In this document: positions 12,031-22,062 of the stretch, in pieces
Layout of the letters: the number at the start of each line of letters is the position of its first letter
Numbering within the stretch: position 1 is the first letter of the stretch
Source: Mayamaea pseudoterrestris
Taxonomy: Eukaryota
Reading direction: 5' to 3'
NCBI GenBank assembly: GCA_027923505.1
Contig: BROI01000004.1
Coordinates: 310,001 to 374,000 of the forward strand
Length of the DNA: 64,000 bases
Notes under the pieces: model-generated
The model's input: the letters and a program-made list of their open reading frames with translations, nothing else
The model's database searches: none
Told to the model about the DNA's origin: nothing
Translations under genes and position numbers: made by a program

Positions 12031-13875
12031 ATGGCTCGAACAAAGTTCTTTTCAGTGGCAGCAGCAACAATGCTTTTCCTCTTGATGATGGAGCCATTTC
12101 AAACGTCGGCATTCTCGGCTATTTCCGGCACCAAAGATGCTAGTCGATCTCAAACTAAACCTCGCGTGATACCAATTACAATATTGTCAGGATTTTTGGG
12201 ATGCGGAAAAACGACTTTGCTTCAGCATTTACTACAGAATAACGAAGGCTCTCGCATTGCAGTGATTGTCAATGACGTTGCCAGCATGAACATTGACAGC
12301 AAACTCGTTTCCGCGCAGCAGCAACAAAATGGAGGAGCTGCAGGCATTGTTCAATTACAAAATGGCTGTGCCTGCTGCTCACTATCGGATGAGCTACTCG
12401 GCAGCGTTTCAGAACTAGTCACGCTCAGTGACTTGCGTATGCATGACGATGAAGACGCGGGCTTTGACCACATTGTCATTGAACTGTCAGGCTTGGCTGA
12501 CCCGCGCAGCGTTCGCGCCAAGTTTCAGGAAGCAGTCCTGTATGACATGCCACTCATGGAGCGGGTGCGACTGGATACCATGGTGTCTCTCGTCGACTGC
12601 AGCGTGTTTTTAAATCAACTGGCCAGCTCCAAAATGGCGTCGCCCGATGAGACGCCAGAGCTCTTCTATCGTGATGGAGTGAAACCGAATGAACCCGACT
12701 TTGACGACGATGATATGCCACCTGGACTTTTGGAGGCGCTCATGGCTGGCGAACAAGCGTACGGGTCTTCAGAAGGCACTGGGATGGAGCAGGATGCTGC
12801 CGTCGTTGAGCTGTTGGTCTCTCAGTGCGAAATCGCGGACGTTGTCTTGCTCAACAAGAAGGATTTGGCCACGACGCAGGTCATGGATCGGGTTGAAACA
12901 GTGGTGCGAGCGTTGAATCCGCGTGCGACTGTCATTTCAAGCGAGTACGGTCGACAACCACTGTCGCAGATTCTTGCCGTCGCCAAGGGACTAGGAGTAA
13001 CTCAAGCTGGATTGGTTGACGACCACAAGGACTTTGTGCAAGCCGCAGTAGCAAGCATCGCTGAGTCACATTCGCATGCCTCTGTACATTCTGTAGACGA
13101 AATAGAAAAGACTACCGCTGATCAGGCCAAGTCGCACGTCCACTCACACGAGCATGATGATGCGTGCCATGACCCACAATGCACAGACTCTAGTCATGTG
13201 CACGATCACTCTCACAGTGTAAATGCTCAATGCGACGATCCAGAATGTAATGATTCGAGTCACTCGCATTCGCATGACCACTTTGCGCACGGAAACATGG
13301 GAACTTTTGTATATCGCTCAAGGCGACCATTTCATCCGGACAGGCTTGTCAGTTTCTTACGACACCTATCGTTGACGCGTGGATTACCTGAGGCCCAGGG
13401 CTCATCAGCTGAAATTAATAAACATATACGGATACCAGACGACGGAAGGAGTCTGCTCAAAGGCATCTTACGGAGTAAGGGCTTCGTATGGTGTGCTGAT
13501 TCCGACGAGGCAGCCATGTTTTGGAGTCATGCCGGAACATCTTTCGAATTGAGCTGTTTAGGAAGATGGTGGGCCACGCTGGATCGTGCGCAGTGGCCTT
13601 CAGAAGCAGTTCAATCAATTCTGCAAGACTTCGACAGTGCCGAACACGATGAGAATGATTCGTCGTTCGTAACAGTCGGCGACCGACGACAAGAAGTTGT
13701 TTTTATCGGTCCAAACATGGGGAGCTCTATGAACCAGTGTTTACTGGCTGAGACCCTCGATCAGTGCTTACTACAGGACGACGAGTGGGCGCTATACTTT
13801 AAAAAGCGAAAGGATACACCAGCCTTGCGTGCCACATATGCGAATCCTTTTCAGGTCAGGATGGTGACCTATTAA
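12031..13875 (+). CDS. COG0523/CobW-family G3E GTPase metallochaperone, predicted plastid-targeted
   Basis: GFLGCGKT (G1), GCACC (CxCC), ELSG (G3), NKKD (G4), a His-rich linker and CobW_C motifs RRPFHP, RSKG and DRRQEVVFIG. Hydrophobic signal peptide ending TSA-F. Confidence 0.92.
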   Translation: MARTKFFSVAAATMLFLLMMEPFQTSAFSAISGTKDASRSQTKPRVIPITILSGFLGCGKTTLLQHLLQNNEGSRIAVIVNDVASMNIDSKLVSAQQQQNGGAAGIVQLQNGCACCSLSDELLGSVSELVTLSDLRMHDDEDAGFDHIVIELSGLADPRSVRAKFQEAVLYDMPLMERVRLDTMVSLVDCSVFLNQLASSKMASPDETPELFYRDGVKPNEPDFDDDDMPPGLLEALMAGEQAYGSSEGTGMEQDAAVVELLVSQCEIADVVLLNKKDLATTQVMDRVETVVRALNPRATVISSEYGRQPLSQILAVAKGLGVTQAGLVDDHKDFVQAAVASIAESHSHASVHSVDEIEKTTADQAKSHVHSHEHDDACHDPQCTDSSHVHDHSHSVNAQCDDPECNDSSHSHSHDHFAHGNMGTFVYRSRRPFHPDRLVSFLRHLSLTRGLPEAQGSSAEINKHIRIPDDGRSLLKGILRSKGFVWCADSDEAAMFWSHAGTSFELSCLGRWWATLDRAQWPSEAVQSILQDFDSAEHDENDSSFVTVGDRRQEVVFIGPNMGSSMNQCLLAETLDQCLLQDDEWALYFKKRKDTPALRATYANPFQVRMVTY

Positions 13876-13942
13876 TCTTATATTGCTAGCTATTCATGTT
13901 GTCGATCGACCTTGCTATCAATCCAGTGCATCGTTCAAGGTT

Positions 13943-15688
13943 CTACTTGAAGCAAAATGCCGCTGCTTCCTGTAGTTGTACAAGGCTTTCGTCTTCGTCC
14001 TCGTTCAAAATGGTAAACTCAAAAATACCACAGGAAATACCATATTCAATCTCCTGAACAATCTCGCGAGTTCTTGCACGCATCAAGCTTTCAGCAGTTT
14101 CGCCTTCGGGTATATCATCGTCCAACACCATCCTCTTTTTGAAGCTTTCCAAGTCTTTCAAGCCAACCCAGACTGAAACGAGACGAAGTCCTGATATCTT
14201 GACTAGTTGCTTGACCAATGGAACGTCCGCATCAATCACAACCACGGAATCGGGACCAGTCGCTCTCGCGGACTGTAAAATTCCTTCTTTGGTCGTGCCA
14301 TACCTTCCTGATGAATCAAGAATCAAAAACTCGTCACGCTGCAGTAACCTATCAAAATTGGCTGGATCTGCCACCTTGTCAACTGGCCTCGGCGCAACAA
14401 AGCGACCATTACCTTCTTGTATCAATCGCTGCACCAGCTTGGGCCGTCCCGTCGCCTGAGGACCAGATACCAAAAGCACAGTGGGTAGATCAGTCTCATC
14501 CGTGGCAAGATTCGCATTGGCGCTTGCTGCACCTTGCGACTCTCGAGCTTCTTTGACGAGCGAAAGAGCGATTCCAGCGCTTCCTGGCAGCAACGATTCA
14601 CCGTCACTAGTATCTCTTAGTGCGTCGCCAATTTGCGTGAGAAATAATGGAACGCGGTACGTCAAGAAGCCAAGGGTTGCGGCTCCAAACTGTTCCGGTG
14701 TGACAAACTCGAGCAGCCCATGACCATTGACGAGGCTCGCGTCGCCCAGGTTGGCATTGTACCAAGCAACGGCACCTACGACGACGAGCGGCAGCACGAA
14801 GCGAAAGCTTGCAATGTTCTTTCCAAGTCCAGCTTTATCGGATGCAATGGTATCCGTCTTGACTGACAGAAGAAACAAGTAACCCAAACTGGCGGCTGCA
14901 CCGGCTGCGTAAATGACGGCATCCTCAGTTCCCTTGACCAAATCTGCCACCAGTGTACCCGCCAAGCCGGCAAGAGCCGCATATCGGAACAGTTTGGATT
15001 TTAGCGCATCGTAAATGAGTGCGTCTTGCTCGACAACATCTTGATTAATGGCGTTAATGCCGGAGAACGGTCCCTCGTATCCTTCTATATCGTAGCGTTC
15101 CACTTTTGGTTTTGGTACTCCTGCCGGATCGCGAGGTATTTTAAAGGCGTTTTCGGCTCGCACGAAACTAGCAGTCACTGGACTAACGCTTGCCAAGTCG
15201 CGCGTCGTCTTTTTGGAAGCTCGCTGCCGGGCCGAGTAATCGGCGAAAAAGCCATCGCCCAAATCTTCCAGCTCGGCAATATCCAGCGTCCAGCCGCTGC
15301 CTTCGTTTCCAATGTTTCGTTGAATGAACGAAATCTTGCCAAGGAACCATTGTCCGTCCGTTTTTCCGCCATCCAAATCGTAGTATTTGACAATGTCGCC
15401 CGCCGTGGGGTAGAAACGTTTCAATTGCTTGGCAGCGAGCACAGGGTCTTCCTCGCCAGTTTGAGGAATGTAAGCTCCAAAGCCTTTAATTTCTTGCAAA
15501 TGAACGTTTTGAAAAGAATGGCGAGGAAAATATGCTGTATTTGATGACATGGTCGGCCTCAATTGCTGATTGCAGCGTATTCTGTGATTCACGACAAAGG
15601 CTTGACAGCTTTTTAAGCAACATGAGAGTAACAAAAGGGCTGAAATTTGTAGTATCGTTACTACATCTCGTATATATGTCATCCTCAT
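13943..15688 (-). CDS. Predicted plastid protein: AtpI/CGL160-like membrane domain plus C-terminal guanylate-kinase-like domain
   Basis: Signal peptide ending CQA-F. Central 4-TM region ending LGFLTYR, like the LGFLTYK of Atp1/CGL160. C-terminal LLVSGPQATGR, YGT, VVVIDADV and FEFTILNED resemble a guanylate kinase fold. Confidence 0.7.
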   Translation of the reverse strand: MRMTYIRDVVTILQISALLLLSCCLKSCQAFVVNHRIRCNQQLRPTMSSNTAYFPRHSFQNVHLQEIKGFGAYIPQTGEEDPVLAAKQLKRFYPTAGDIVKYYDLDGGKTDGQWFLGKISFIQRNIGNEGSGWTLDIAELEDLGDGFFADYSARQRASKKTTRDLASVSPVTASFVRAENAFKIPRDPAGVPKPKVERYDIEGYEGPFSGINAINQDVVEQDALIYDALKSKLFRYAALAGLAGTLVADLVKGTEDAVIYAAGAAASLGYLFLLSVKTDTIASDKAGLGKNIASFRFVLPLVVVGAVAWYNANLGDASLVNGHGLLEFVTPEQFGAATLGFLTYRVPLFLTQIGDALRDTSDGESLLPGSAGIALSLVKEARESQGAASANANLATDETDLPTVLLVSGPQATGRPKLVQRLIQEGNGRFVAPRPVDKVADPANFDRLLQRDEFLILDSSGRYGTTKEGILQSARATGPDSVVVIDADVPLVKQLVKISGLRLVSVWVGLKDLESFKKRMVLDDDIPEGETAESLMRARTREIVQEIEYGISCGIFEFTILNEDEDESLVQLQEAAAFCFK

Positions 15689-15910
15689 TGAATAATTGTC
15701 AATCAGGACAGCGCAACAAGGGAGAGTAATGGGAGAATGACAGTGAGTTGCGACAAAAGATCGATCAATCTTCTTGGCTGTCGCAGTGGTTCTTCTGCGC
15801 GCGCCGCGCGCGACAAAAATGTGCTGGACCGCGCCAGACTATCACTGTTTTCTTTCCACTACTACTTCTACAATCTACAACTACTTCCACTTGCTTGCTT
15901 GCTTGAAAAC

Positions 15911-17041
15911 ATGAGCGTCTCGTCCGAAGGCAGCGCGAGAGGCATGTCCAATGTACTCAATGGCGATGATAGTAGAACAGATGCTGCTGCTTTGAACAGC
16001 AGGAAACGCACCTTTGCAAGCGATGACCCACCGGACCAGCAATTGTCACTGACGGAAAAGAAGCTTCGCCGCCTCGAGAAGAATCGTATTAGTGCAAGGG
16101 AATGTCGCAGACGCAAACGCGAGGCGACGGAGCAAAAGCTTCGACAAATCAATCTTTTGGAAGCTGAAAATTTGCGTCTCCGCCTACAGCTGGAAATTGG
16201 ACAGCAAGGCGAAAGCCCTTCAGGTGCTGCCGGAGAAGAGTCGTCCTCCAAGCAACAAAATACAATCATGCAGGAACTAGATGATTTACTGACAAGTGGA
16301 GCCTCCGAAGCTGATATTTACGATAAACTGGAAGATTACAAGAACAAATATTCAGATTATGGGACGAGTCGCCGCTCCTCCATTGAATCGCACTTGCGGC
16401 AGATTGAGCGCCTTTTAATGCCGACGCAAACTACTTCAGTCGTCATGACGGCGATTCAAGCTGGTCCATTCGATATTGACTTGACGACAGCCAAGATGCT
16501 GCCAGCGATAGATGGACAATCTATATTAGTGTCATCACCATTGGGAACCAGCAGTGTTACAACCGCAACAACTCAAACCACCGAGCTTACTAACCTCACC
16601 GACGCACCAACGCTGCAGTCCAATGAAGCACCCACTGCCTCCAAACAAAACATAGAATCGAAGGCACTCTTTCATCATCTCGTTAATTACTTGCAAGTTA
16701 CTCCGCAGCAAGCTGCAGCGTTAAAGGACAGTCGCTTTGTTGCCAAGGAACTTGACGAATGCTTGGAAAAGGCGCTGGAGGTGCTGCAGGAGCTTCGAAC
16801 ACGACTCGCGAAGACGGGAGAAGACTTGGCCAATGAGTTTGACCAGGTTCGCAAAACGTTGACACCAACGCAAGCTGCCAAGTTTTTAGTTTGGGTTGTC
16901 AACAACAAGGCGTGCATACACATGCTAAATGAGCTATGGGATCGAGTGTATCCCAATCAAAACATTTTTCAGGACGATGTTGTTCAGGCAAATGCTGCTG
17001 AAACTATAAAGATTCCATCAGCTAACAATGGTAATAAATAA
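15911..17041 (+). CDS. bZIP transcription factor
   Basis: Basic region KKLRRLEKNRISARECRRRK with a leucine zipper; C-terminal helical domain with LTPTQAAKFLVWV. First plausible ATG at 15911. Confidence 0.88.
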   Translation: MSVSSEGSARGMSNVLNGDDSRTDAAALNSRKRTFASDDPPDQQLSLTEKKLRRLEKNRISARECRRRKREATEQKLRQINLLEAENLRLRLQLEIGQQGESPSGAAGEESSSKQQNTIMQELDDLLTSGASEADIYDKLEDYKNKYSDYGTSRRSSIESHLRQIERLLMPTQTTSVVMTAIQAGPFDIDLTTAKMLPAIDGQSILVSSPLGTSSVTTATTQTTELTNLTDAPTLQSNEAPTASKQNIESKALFHHLVNYLQVTPQQAAALKDSRFVAKELDECLEKALEVLQELRTRLAKTGEDLANEFDQVRKTLTPTQAAKFLVWVVNNKACIHMLNELWDRVYPNQNIFQDDVVQANAAETIKIPSANNGNK

Positions 17042-17124
17042 TAGTGTTTCTACTTTACAGCAAAGCTAATACTAATACCTTTTTCCTATGCTAACTTCAA
17101 AAACAAACGAGTTCTCGAAATATT

Positions 17125-20100
17125 TCATCGCCGAGGTCCGCCGAAGGGGCTTGCCCCAAACGGACTGGCTTGAGGTTGAAACGTAGAACCAAAGTTACTA
17201 GCACCTAATGTGCTTTGTGTTCCACCAAAGCTGCTGCCACCACCACTTATGTCATGCGAAAATTTGCAATTGTCGCCAAATCGGCACTGGCCCTTGGCAA
17301 AGAACTTGCAGGGTGTCTTGCTTTTGCCGGAGAACCCACCACCGGCTTGCGATGCGTTAAATCCACTACCGATAGTAGACTGCTTTTGCTGCTGGCCAAA
17401 ACCAGTGCTCATGCCACTTCCACCAAAAACGCTATTGGAGGAATTACTAGACATTCCAAACGGCGTCGATGAGCTTGCGCCACCTCCAAACGGCGCTGAT
17501 ACGTTGGGACCTTGGCCAAACGGTGTCGAGCTGGACGCACCGCTACCGCCAAAAGGCGTTGATGGAATTCCTCCGCCGAAAGGAGTTGTGGAAGGCCCAC
17601 TAAATGGAGTCGACGAGATTCCTCCAAATGGAGTAGGTGCCGGCGCATTTAAGCCAAACGAGGTTGTGCTTACTCCACCACTAAAAGGTGTACCGGTAGG
17701 CGTCGGCGCTGCTGCTCCACCAAAAGAAGTCGATGTAGGCGCATTGGTGCCAAACAAATTGAAGCTTGCTCCACCACTAAATGGTGTGGGTGCATTTACT
17801 GGTGCTCCACCAAAGGAGGTTGATGAAGGTGCATTATGGCCATTGGTAGTGGAGTATACTCCGCCGCCAAATGGTGTCGGTGCCGGTGCCGTTGCTCCGC
17901 CAAATGGAGTAGATGACGTCCCTCCACCGAAAGCCGCAGGGGGCTGGCTTTGATTTACATTCTGAGCGCCGAAAGGCGACGACATTGCTGGCTGCGTGTT
18001 TGTAGGAGTTGACAATCCAAACCCAAAACTAGTGTTTGCTGAGGGAGAGCTAAACGTGCTAATGGTTGCATTGGTGGTAGCTTGGTTTACACTGGTACCG
18101 AAAGGCGAAGCGAAGGTGGCTGTCGTCTGGGTACCAGTCTGTCCGGAGGGCGCTGGAGCAGCACCAAATGGCGATGGTGAAGTCAGCGCGCCACCTCCAA
18201 ATGAGACCGGAGTTGCGGATTGTTGCACAGAGGTTCCCAAATTGTCAGTATTCATACTATCTGTGCCTTGATTCTGAGGTTGAGGAAAGGGGGATGGTGC
18301 CGGTGCTGCATTAAAAGGCGACGAAGCTGGAGCAAACGACGACTGCGTCCCGAAAGAAGGCACGCTTGGACCACCAAAAGGGTTGCCAAGTGAAGGCGTT
18401 TGGATCGCTCGTCCTCCACCGAGTGATAAATTCAGGTTTGGTCCATTCGCCGGACTGTTAAATGGGTTCTTTTGCTGTTGGCTGATACCAAAACTCGTGC
18501 CAGGCCCAGATGATCCACCAGCACCTCCCATGTACAATTCCGCTAGAGCTTTTGATGGCAGGTTTCGTTTGAAACCATCAAAGCCTTCGCGCACGGTTTT
18601 CTTGAGTCGTGTGGCCGACGGGGCGCCAATCGAACCTTCGTCAAGGCGGTGTAGAATATCCGTCATGATGCTATCCAAAAGCGGCCGAAACGCAGATTCA
18701 TGTCGATTAGCAAGCATATGACCAGCGCCGGTCAAGAAGGCATCGAGGATTGGAGCTGTAAGTAAGGGAAGCGGCGCTGTTGGTGCATCTGGGAGCGAAA
18801 AGAGGAAACGCTTCAGCCAGACAACAGCAGCCTCGTGACCACCAAGAAGCGTATGGTTGTCCGGTCTTGATGACATAATGTCTGCTACTAGCGAAATAAT
18901 CGACTCTGTTCTGCCTAGAAACTGTTTAAATGTCTCGGAAGTTCCATCTGGATTTTGTTTCATGCCAAGCGATGTCATTAACTCCTCCTCCGTGGCAGCC
19001 GGATCGACAACTGGCAATCGAGGAATAGCAGTTGGACACTCCGTGTAAATATGAGCCTCGAGAACTAGTGCAAAATCCTTATGATCGACGGAAACAATCG
19101 AAATCATATTGGCAAGCGGAAAGCCGTCACCACGCGGTCCGTTAAATCCGTCCGACTGCACGCGCACCATTACCTTACTGCACAAAAGATCCACCAAGTA
19201 ACGCTTGCCGCGGCCCATTTCGGGTGTCACACTGCCATCGCCGGCTTGAAGTCTCTCCTTAATGGCTTTGTCCTCACTGCGCGCGGTTGTAATCGCCTGG
19301 GAAACGTCTGCAGCCACGGACCGAATCTTGTCGGCATTTTCAGCGAGCGTGTTCACTCGGCCGCCGACAAGTTTCTTCATTTGTAATCGACGCGACTTGA
19401 CGATTGGATTTGTTGATGCTTCAAAGGTTGACGCTTCGGCTCTTACTTGCTTCAGTTGCGACATGAGTCCTTCTGCTCGAGTAATATATTCCATTTCTTT
19501 GGCAGCAGCTGCCTTTTCAGCCTGCTCCTGCGCAGCCAGGGCTTCTTGCTGCGCACGAGTTTGCTCACGCTTATCAGTATCATCCTTTTGCTGCTTGAGA
19601 CGATTTGCTTCATCTTTTTGTCGTTGGTCCTCTAGCTTGCGCTGCTCGTTTTCCTTTTCCTCATGAGCTGCCGCATCAATGCGCGCCTGCTCGGCGAGAA
19701 CCTTGTCAGCGGCCTCTTCCTCCTTCCTTATCAGTTCTTTGAAAGCTTGCACTGTGGCCTGGTAATTACGAGCCATTTTTGATCGCTCATGTTCCATTTC
19801 TTGCTCAATACGACGGTCACCAGCTCGCATCAACTCGTACGGTTGTCTGATGGACTCAATGGAAACAGTGCTCGGCAGCACTTCGACTGCTTTTTTACTG
19901 GACACGCTGGTAGTAAGCAAAAGTTCTGTTAAAGTTTCCATCTCGTCTCTATATTCTGTTTTAGCAGTAGCATTAGCGTATTGTATCAAGTCTCTAGGTG
20001 GAATCACGTTTCCGTCAATGTAAGTTGTAAGTGGCGGCCACTCTTGTATCTTCGGAATATGCTCGCGAATAATTGATTCAGAATCTCCATCATATGGATA

Positions 20101-20310
20101 TAAAAATTTCTCCAAGCTGTCTCTTGGTCTTCGAATGCGAAAATCGTCGCCGTAAAAATCATTATCCATCAATCCGAATCGGCAGCTGGAAAAGCCGAGT
20201 GGGTGTGGCGGTACTTCCTCGTCGATGTCGCCTTCATCGCTACTGTATTCGAGCTCATCATCGTTATTCTGTGATTCTTCATCAGCAATATATAGACCGA
20301 ATCGAGTCAT
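17125..20310 (-). CDS. GLE1: mRNA export factor Gle1 with C-terminal PFG-repeat tail and CCCH zinc finger
   Basis: Coiled-coil region followed by a Gle1-like domain (KKLVGGRVNTL, CPTAIP, GHEAAVVWL, FLTGAGHML, PSATRL), more than 25 FG/PFG repeats and CKFFAKGQCRFGDNCKFSH. Start at ATG 20310 is inferred. Confidence 0.8.
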   Translation of the reverse strand: MTRFGLYIADEESQNNDDELEYSSDEGDIDEEVPPHPLGFSSCRFGLMDNDFYGDDFRIRRPRDSLEKFLYPYDGDSESIIREHIPKIQEWPPLTTYIDGNVIPPRDLIQYANATAKTEYRDEMETLTELLLTTSVSSKKAVEVLPSTVSIESIRQPYELMRAGDRRIEQEMEHERSKMARNYQATVQAFKELIRKEEEAADKVLAEQARIDAAAHEEKENEQRKLEDQRQKDEANRLKQQKDDTDKREQTRAQQEALAAQEQAEKAAAAKEMEYITRAEGLMSQLKQVRAEASTFEASTNPIVKSRRLQMKKLVGGRVNTLAENADKIRSVAADVSQAITTARSEDKAIKERLQAGDGSVTPEMGRGKRYLVDLLCSKVMVRVQSDGFNGPRGDGFPLANMISIVSVDHKDFALVLEAHIYTECPTAIPRLPVVDPAATEEELMTSLGMKQNPDGTSETFKQFLGRTESIISLVADIMSSRPDNHTLLGGHEAAVVWLKRFLFSLPDAPTAPLPLLTAPILDAFLTGAGHMLANRHESAFRPLLDSIMTDILHRLDEGSIGAPSATRLKKTVREGFDGFKRNLPSKALAELYMGGAGGSSGPGTSFGISQQQKNPFNSPANGPNLNLSLGGGRAIQTPSLGNPFGGPSVPSFGTQSSFAPASSPFNAAPAPSPFPQPQNQGTDSMNTDNLGTSVQQSATPVSFGGGALTSPSPFGAAPAPSGQTGTQTTATFASPFGTSVNQATTNATISTFSSPSANTSFGFGLSTPTNTQPAMSSPFGAQNVNQSQPPAAFGGGTSSTPFGGATAPAPTPFGGGVYSTTNGHNAPSSTSFGGAPVNAPTPFSGGASFNLFGTNAPTSTSFGGAAAPTPTGTPFSGGVSTTSFGLNAPAPTPFGGISSTPFSGPSTTPFGGGIPSTPFGGSGASSSTPFGQGPNVSAPFGGGASSSTPFGMSSNSSNSVFGGSGMSTGFGQQQKQSTIGSGFNASQAGGGFSGKSKTPCKFFAKGQCRFGDNCKFSHDISGGGSSFGGTQSTLGASNFGSTFQPQASPFGASPFGGPRR

Positions 20311-20721
20311 AGTTGACGCCTTTGTAGTAGTTGGACTACAGCACGACTGGCGGCTGCATTTTGTGATTCTCCATGGCCGAGATGGTCGGGGCTGAGATTG
20401 ACCGACCCTGAGTGATGGTGTGACATCTTTATAAACTACCGGGACTCGATCAATATGTCGACGGTAGCAGCTCCTGTCATATATCTTACATACATATACC
20501 AACATAGCAACAGTGGTTTGAGTTATGAAAGATGCAAGAGCTTTTCCAGTTCTACTGCTGTTGTTGGCACCAAGTGCCACCTTGTGAGCAGCCGTAGAGT
20601 ACATTCATTTTGAATGACAGCTACAAGATGTTACTACGAATAGGAAAATAAAAGGAGGTAGGCTCTAAGCGACTAAAAGGTTTATCTGGCCCGTTGCTTG
20701 CAAATGAAGCGAAGAAAGTAC

Positions 20722-21704
20722 CTATTGTTGGTCAGAATGGTTCTTCGAGGCTGCGATCACAAATTTGGGTGGCATGTTGTTGGTGCCACCCACATCCGAT
20801 CGCGTTCCAAAGGACGTCACATGGAAGCGCCGCGCCGATAGGTAGTGGTTTTGTTCAATGTCCGCCACCATGGACCAATACTCTTCGGCAATAGAATCAG
20901 CGATGCAAACATCCTTGTAGTCGATAATCGCGTGGACCTTGTTGTCAGGTGCCTTGTTCTCCATGATCGTGCCAATGACAGCTTCCTTGATGGCTTGGAC
21001 ATCTTCATAGTTCATAATGTGTAAACCACGAAAGTGGAGACGAAGTGTATTGGACTTTGAATGATATGAAATGAGCTTGAAGACATTCTCCTTTGTAATA
21101 AGGAAGCGTTCCGGAGAACGAAGCGGCGCCAGTCCCGGAAGAACGCTTCGACCGTACTCCTCGTTAATAATTTCGGCCATGCCAGTATACAGAGCCATAA
21201 TGGCCGCGGCAAATCCAAAGACACCAGCCGCCTTTTGTACCGAGTCGCTGCCAGTGCCATACGCGATGGCCTCGAGGAAAAAGAGCGCAATCACAGCAGA
21301 GAATATTGCACTCAAGCAGACATTCTTACGCAGCGCCACGACGAAAAAGCAGGTCGAAAGGATGCCCCAGAGAATTGAATTGGCTGTCTTGCCTCGTGAA
21401 TACTCGTAGTCAATCAGCTCCGAGTTAGTTCGATGCGACTCCTGATAAGACAATCCCCATGCCAGCCAATAGGCACCGTAGGAACCAAATACTGCAAATG
21501 AAAAGGTTGAACCTCTGAGGAGTTCAAAGATCCCAACAAGTAGCTGGCATACGCCTCCGTAGAAAAATGCATAAGCGAAGAAAAGGCCTTGAAATTCCGG
21601 TTCAACCCAGCCCAGGTTGACCCACATCATCATGGCAGTCTGGCAGTCGTCATTCCAAAGGCGAGGAGGCCTAGAGGGGCAGGATTACCAATGGTTACCG
21701 CCAT
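20722..21704 (-). pseudogene. GPR1/FUN34/SatP(YaaH) acetate channel with extra C-terminal domain, frameshifted by an 8-bp duplication
   Basis: ATG 21704 encodes MAVTIGNPAPLGLLAFGMTTA (family signature), then GACTGCCA is duplicated (21633-21648) and the frame stops at 21632-21630. The downstream ORF has YGGVCQLLVG and FGSYGAYW. Confidence 0.8.
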
Positions 21705-22062
21705 GACACTTTGCGTGGAGGAGACGTTTCAACTTATCTGATTGTCAGTTTTACTAAAGGTGCTTGGATCTTTGCTTCGTCGTGAAACGCCGTCATCGGC
21801 TTGGTAGGCCACCTCGAACCTTGAGCGAAAGCGAATTCTCCGTGGTTCGTTTTTAAAACTCGCGACAGGATTTGTGTCGCATCGTTTTACAATCACGTCG
21901 CCCGACGAACGGACGAAGAATGAGTGACATCCGGGTCTCTCGGATCGCACATCGCGCGCCTCGTCGAGCGTGGACGACACAAAATCAAGTTTCGGTTCCT
22001 TGCCTTCAGCTGACTTTCAACGAGACGTACAAACAAAGCCACTCTTTAATCGACTACTTAAA

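Noticed and set aside
21633..21648. Link between the duplicated GACTGCCA and the same 8-mer in the satellite monomer
   Set aside because: An 8-10 nt match is expected by chance, and one copy is native coding sequence (T-T-A-M).
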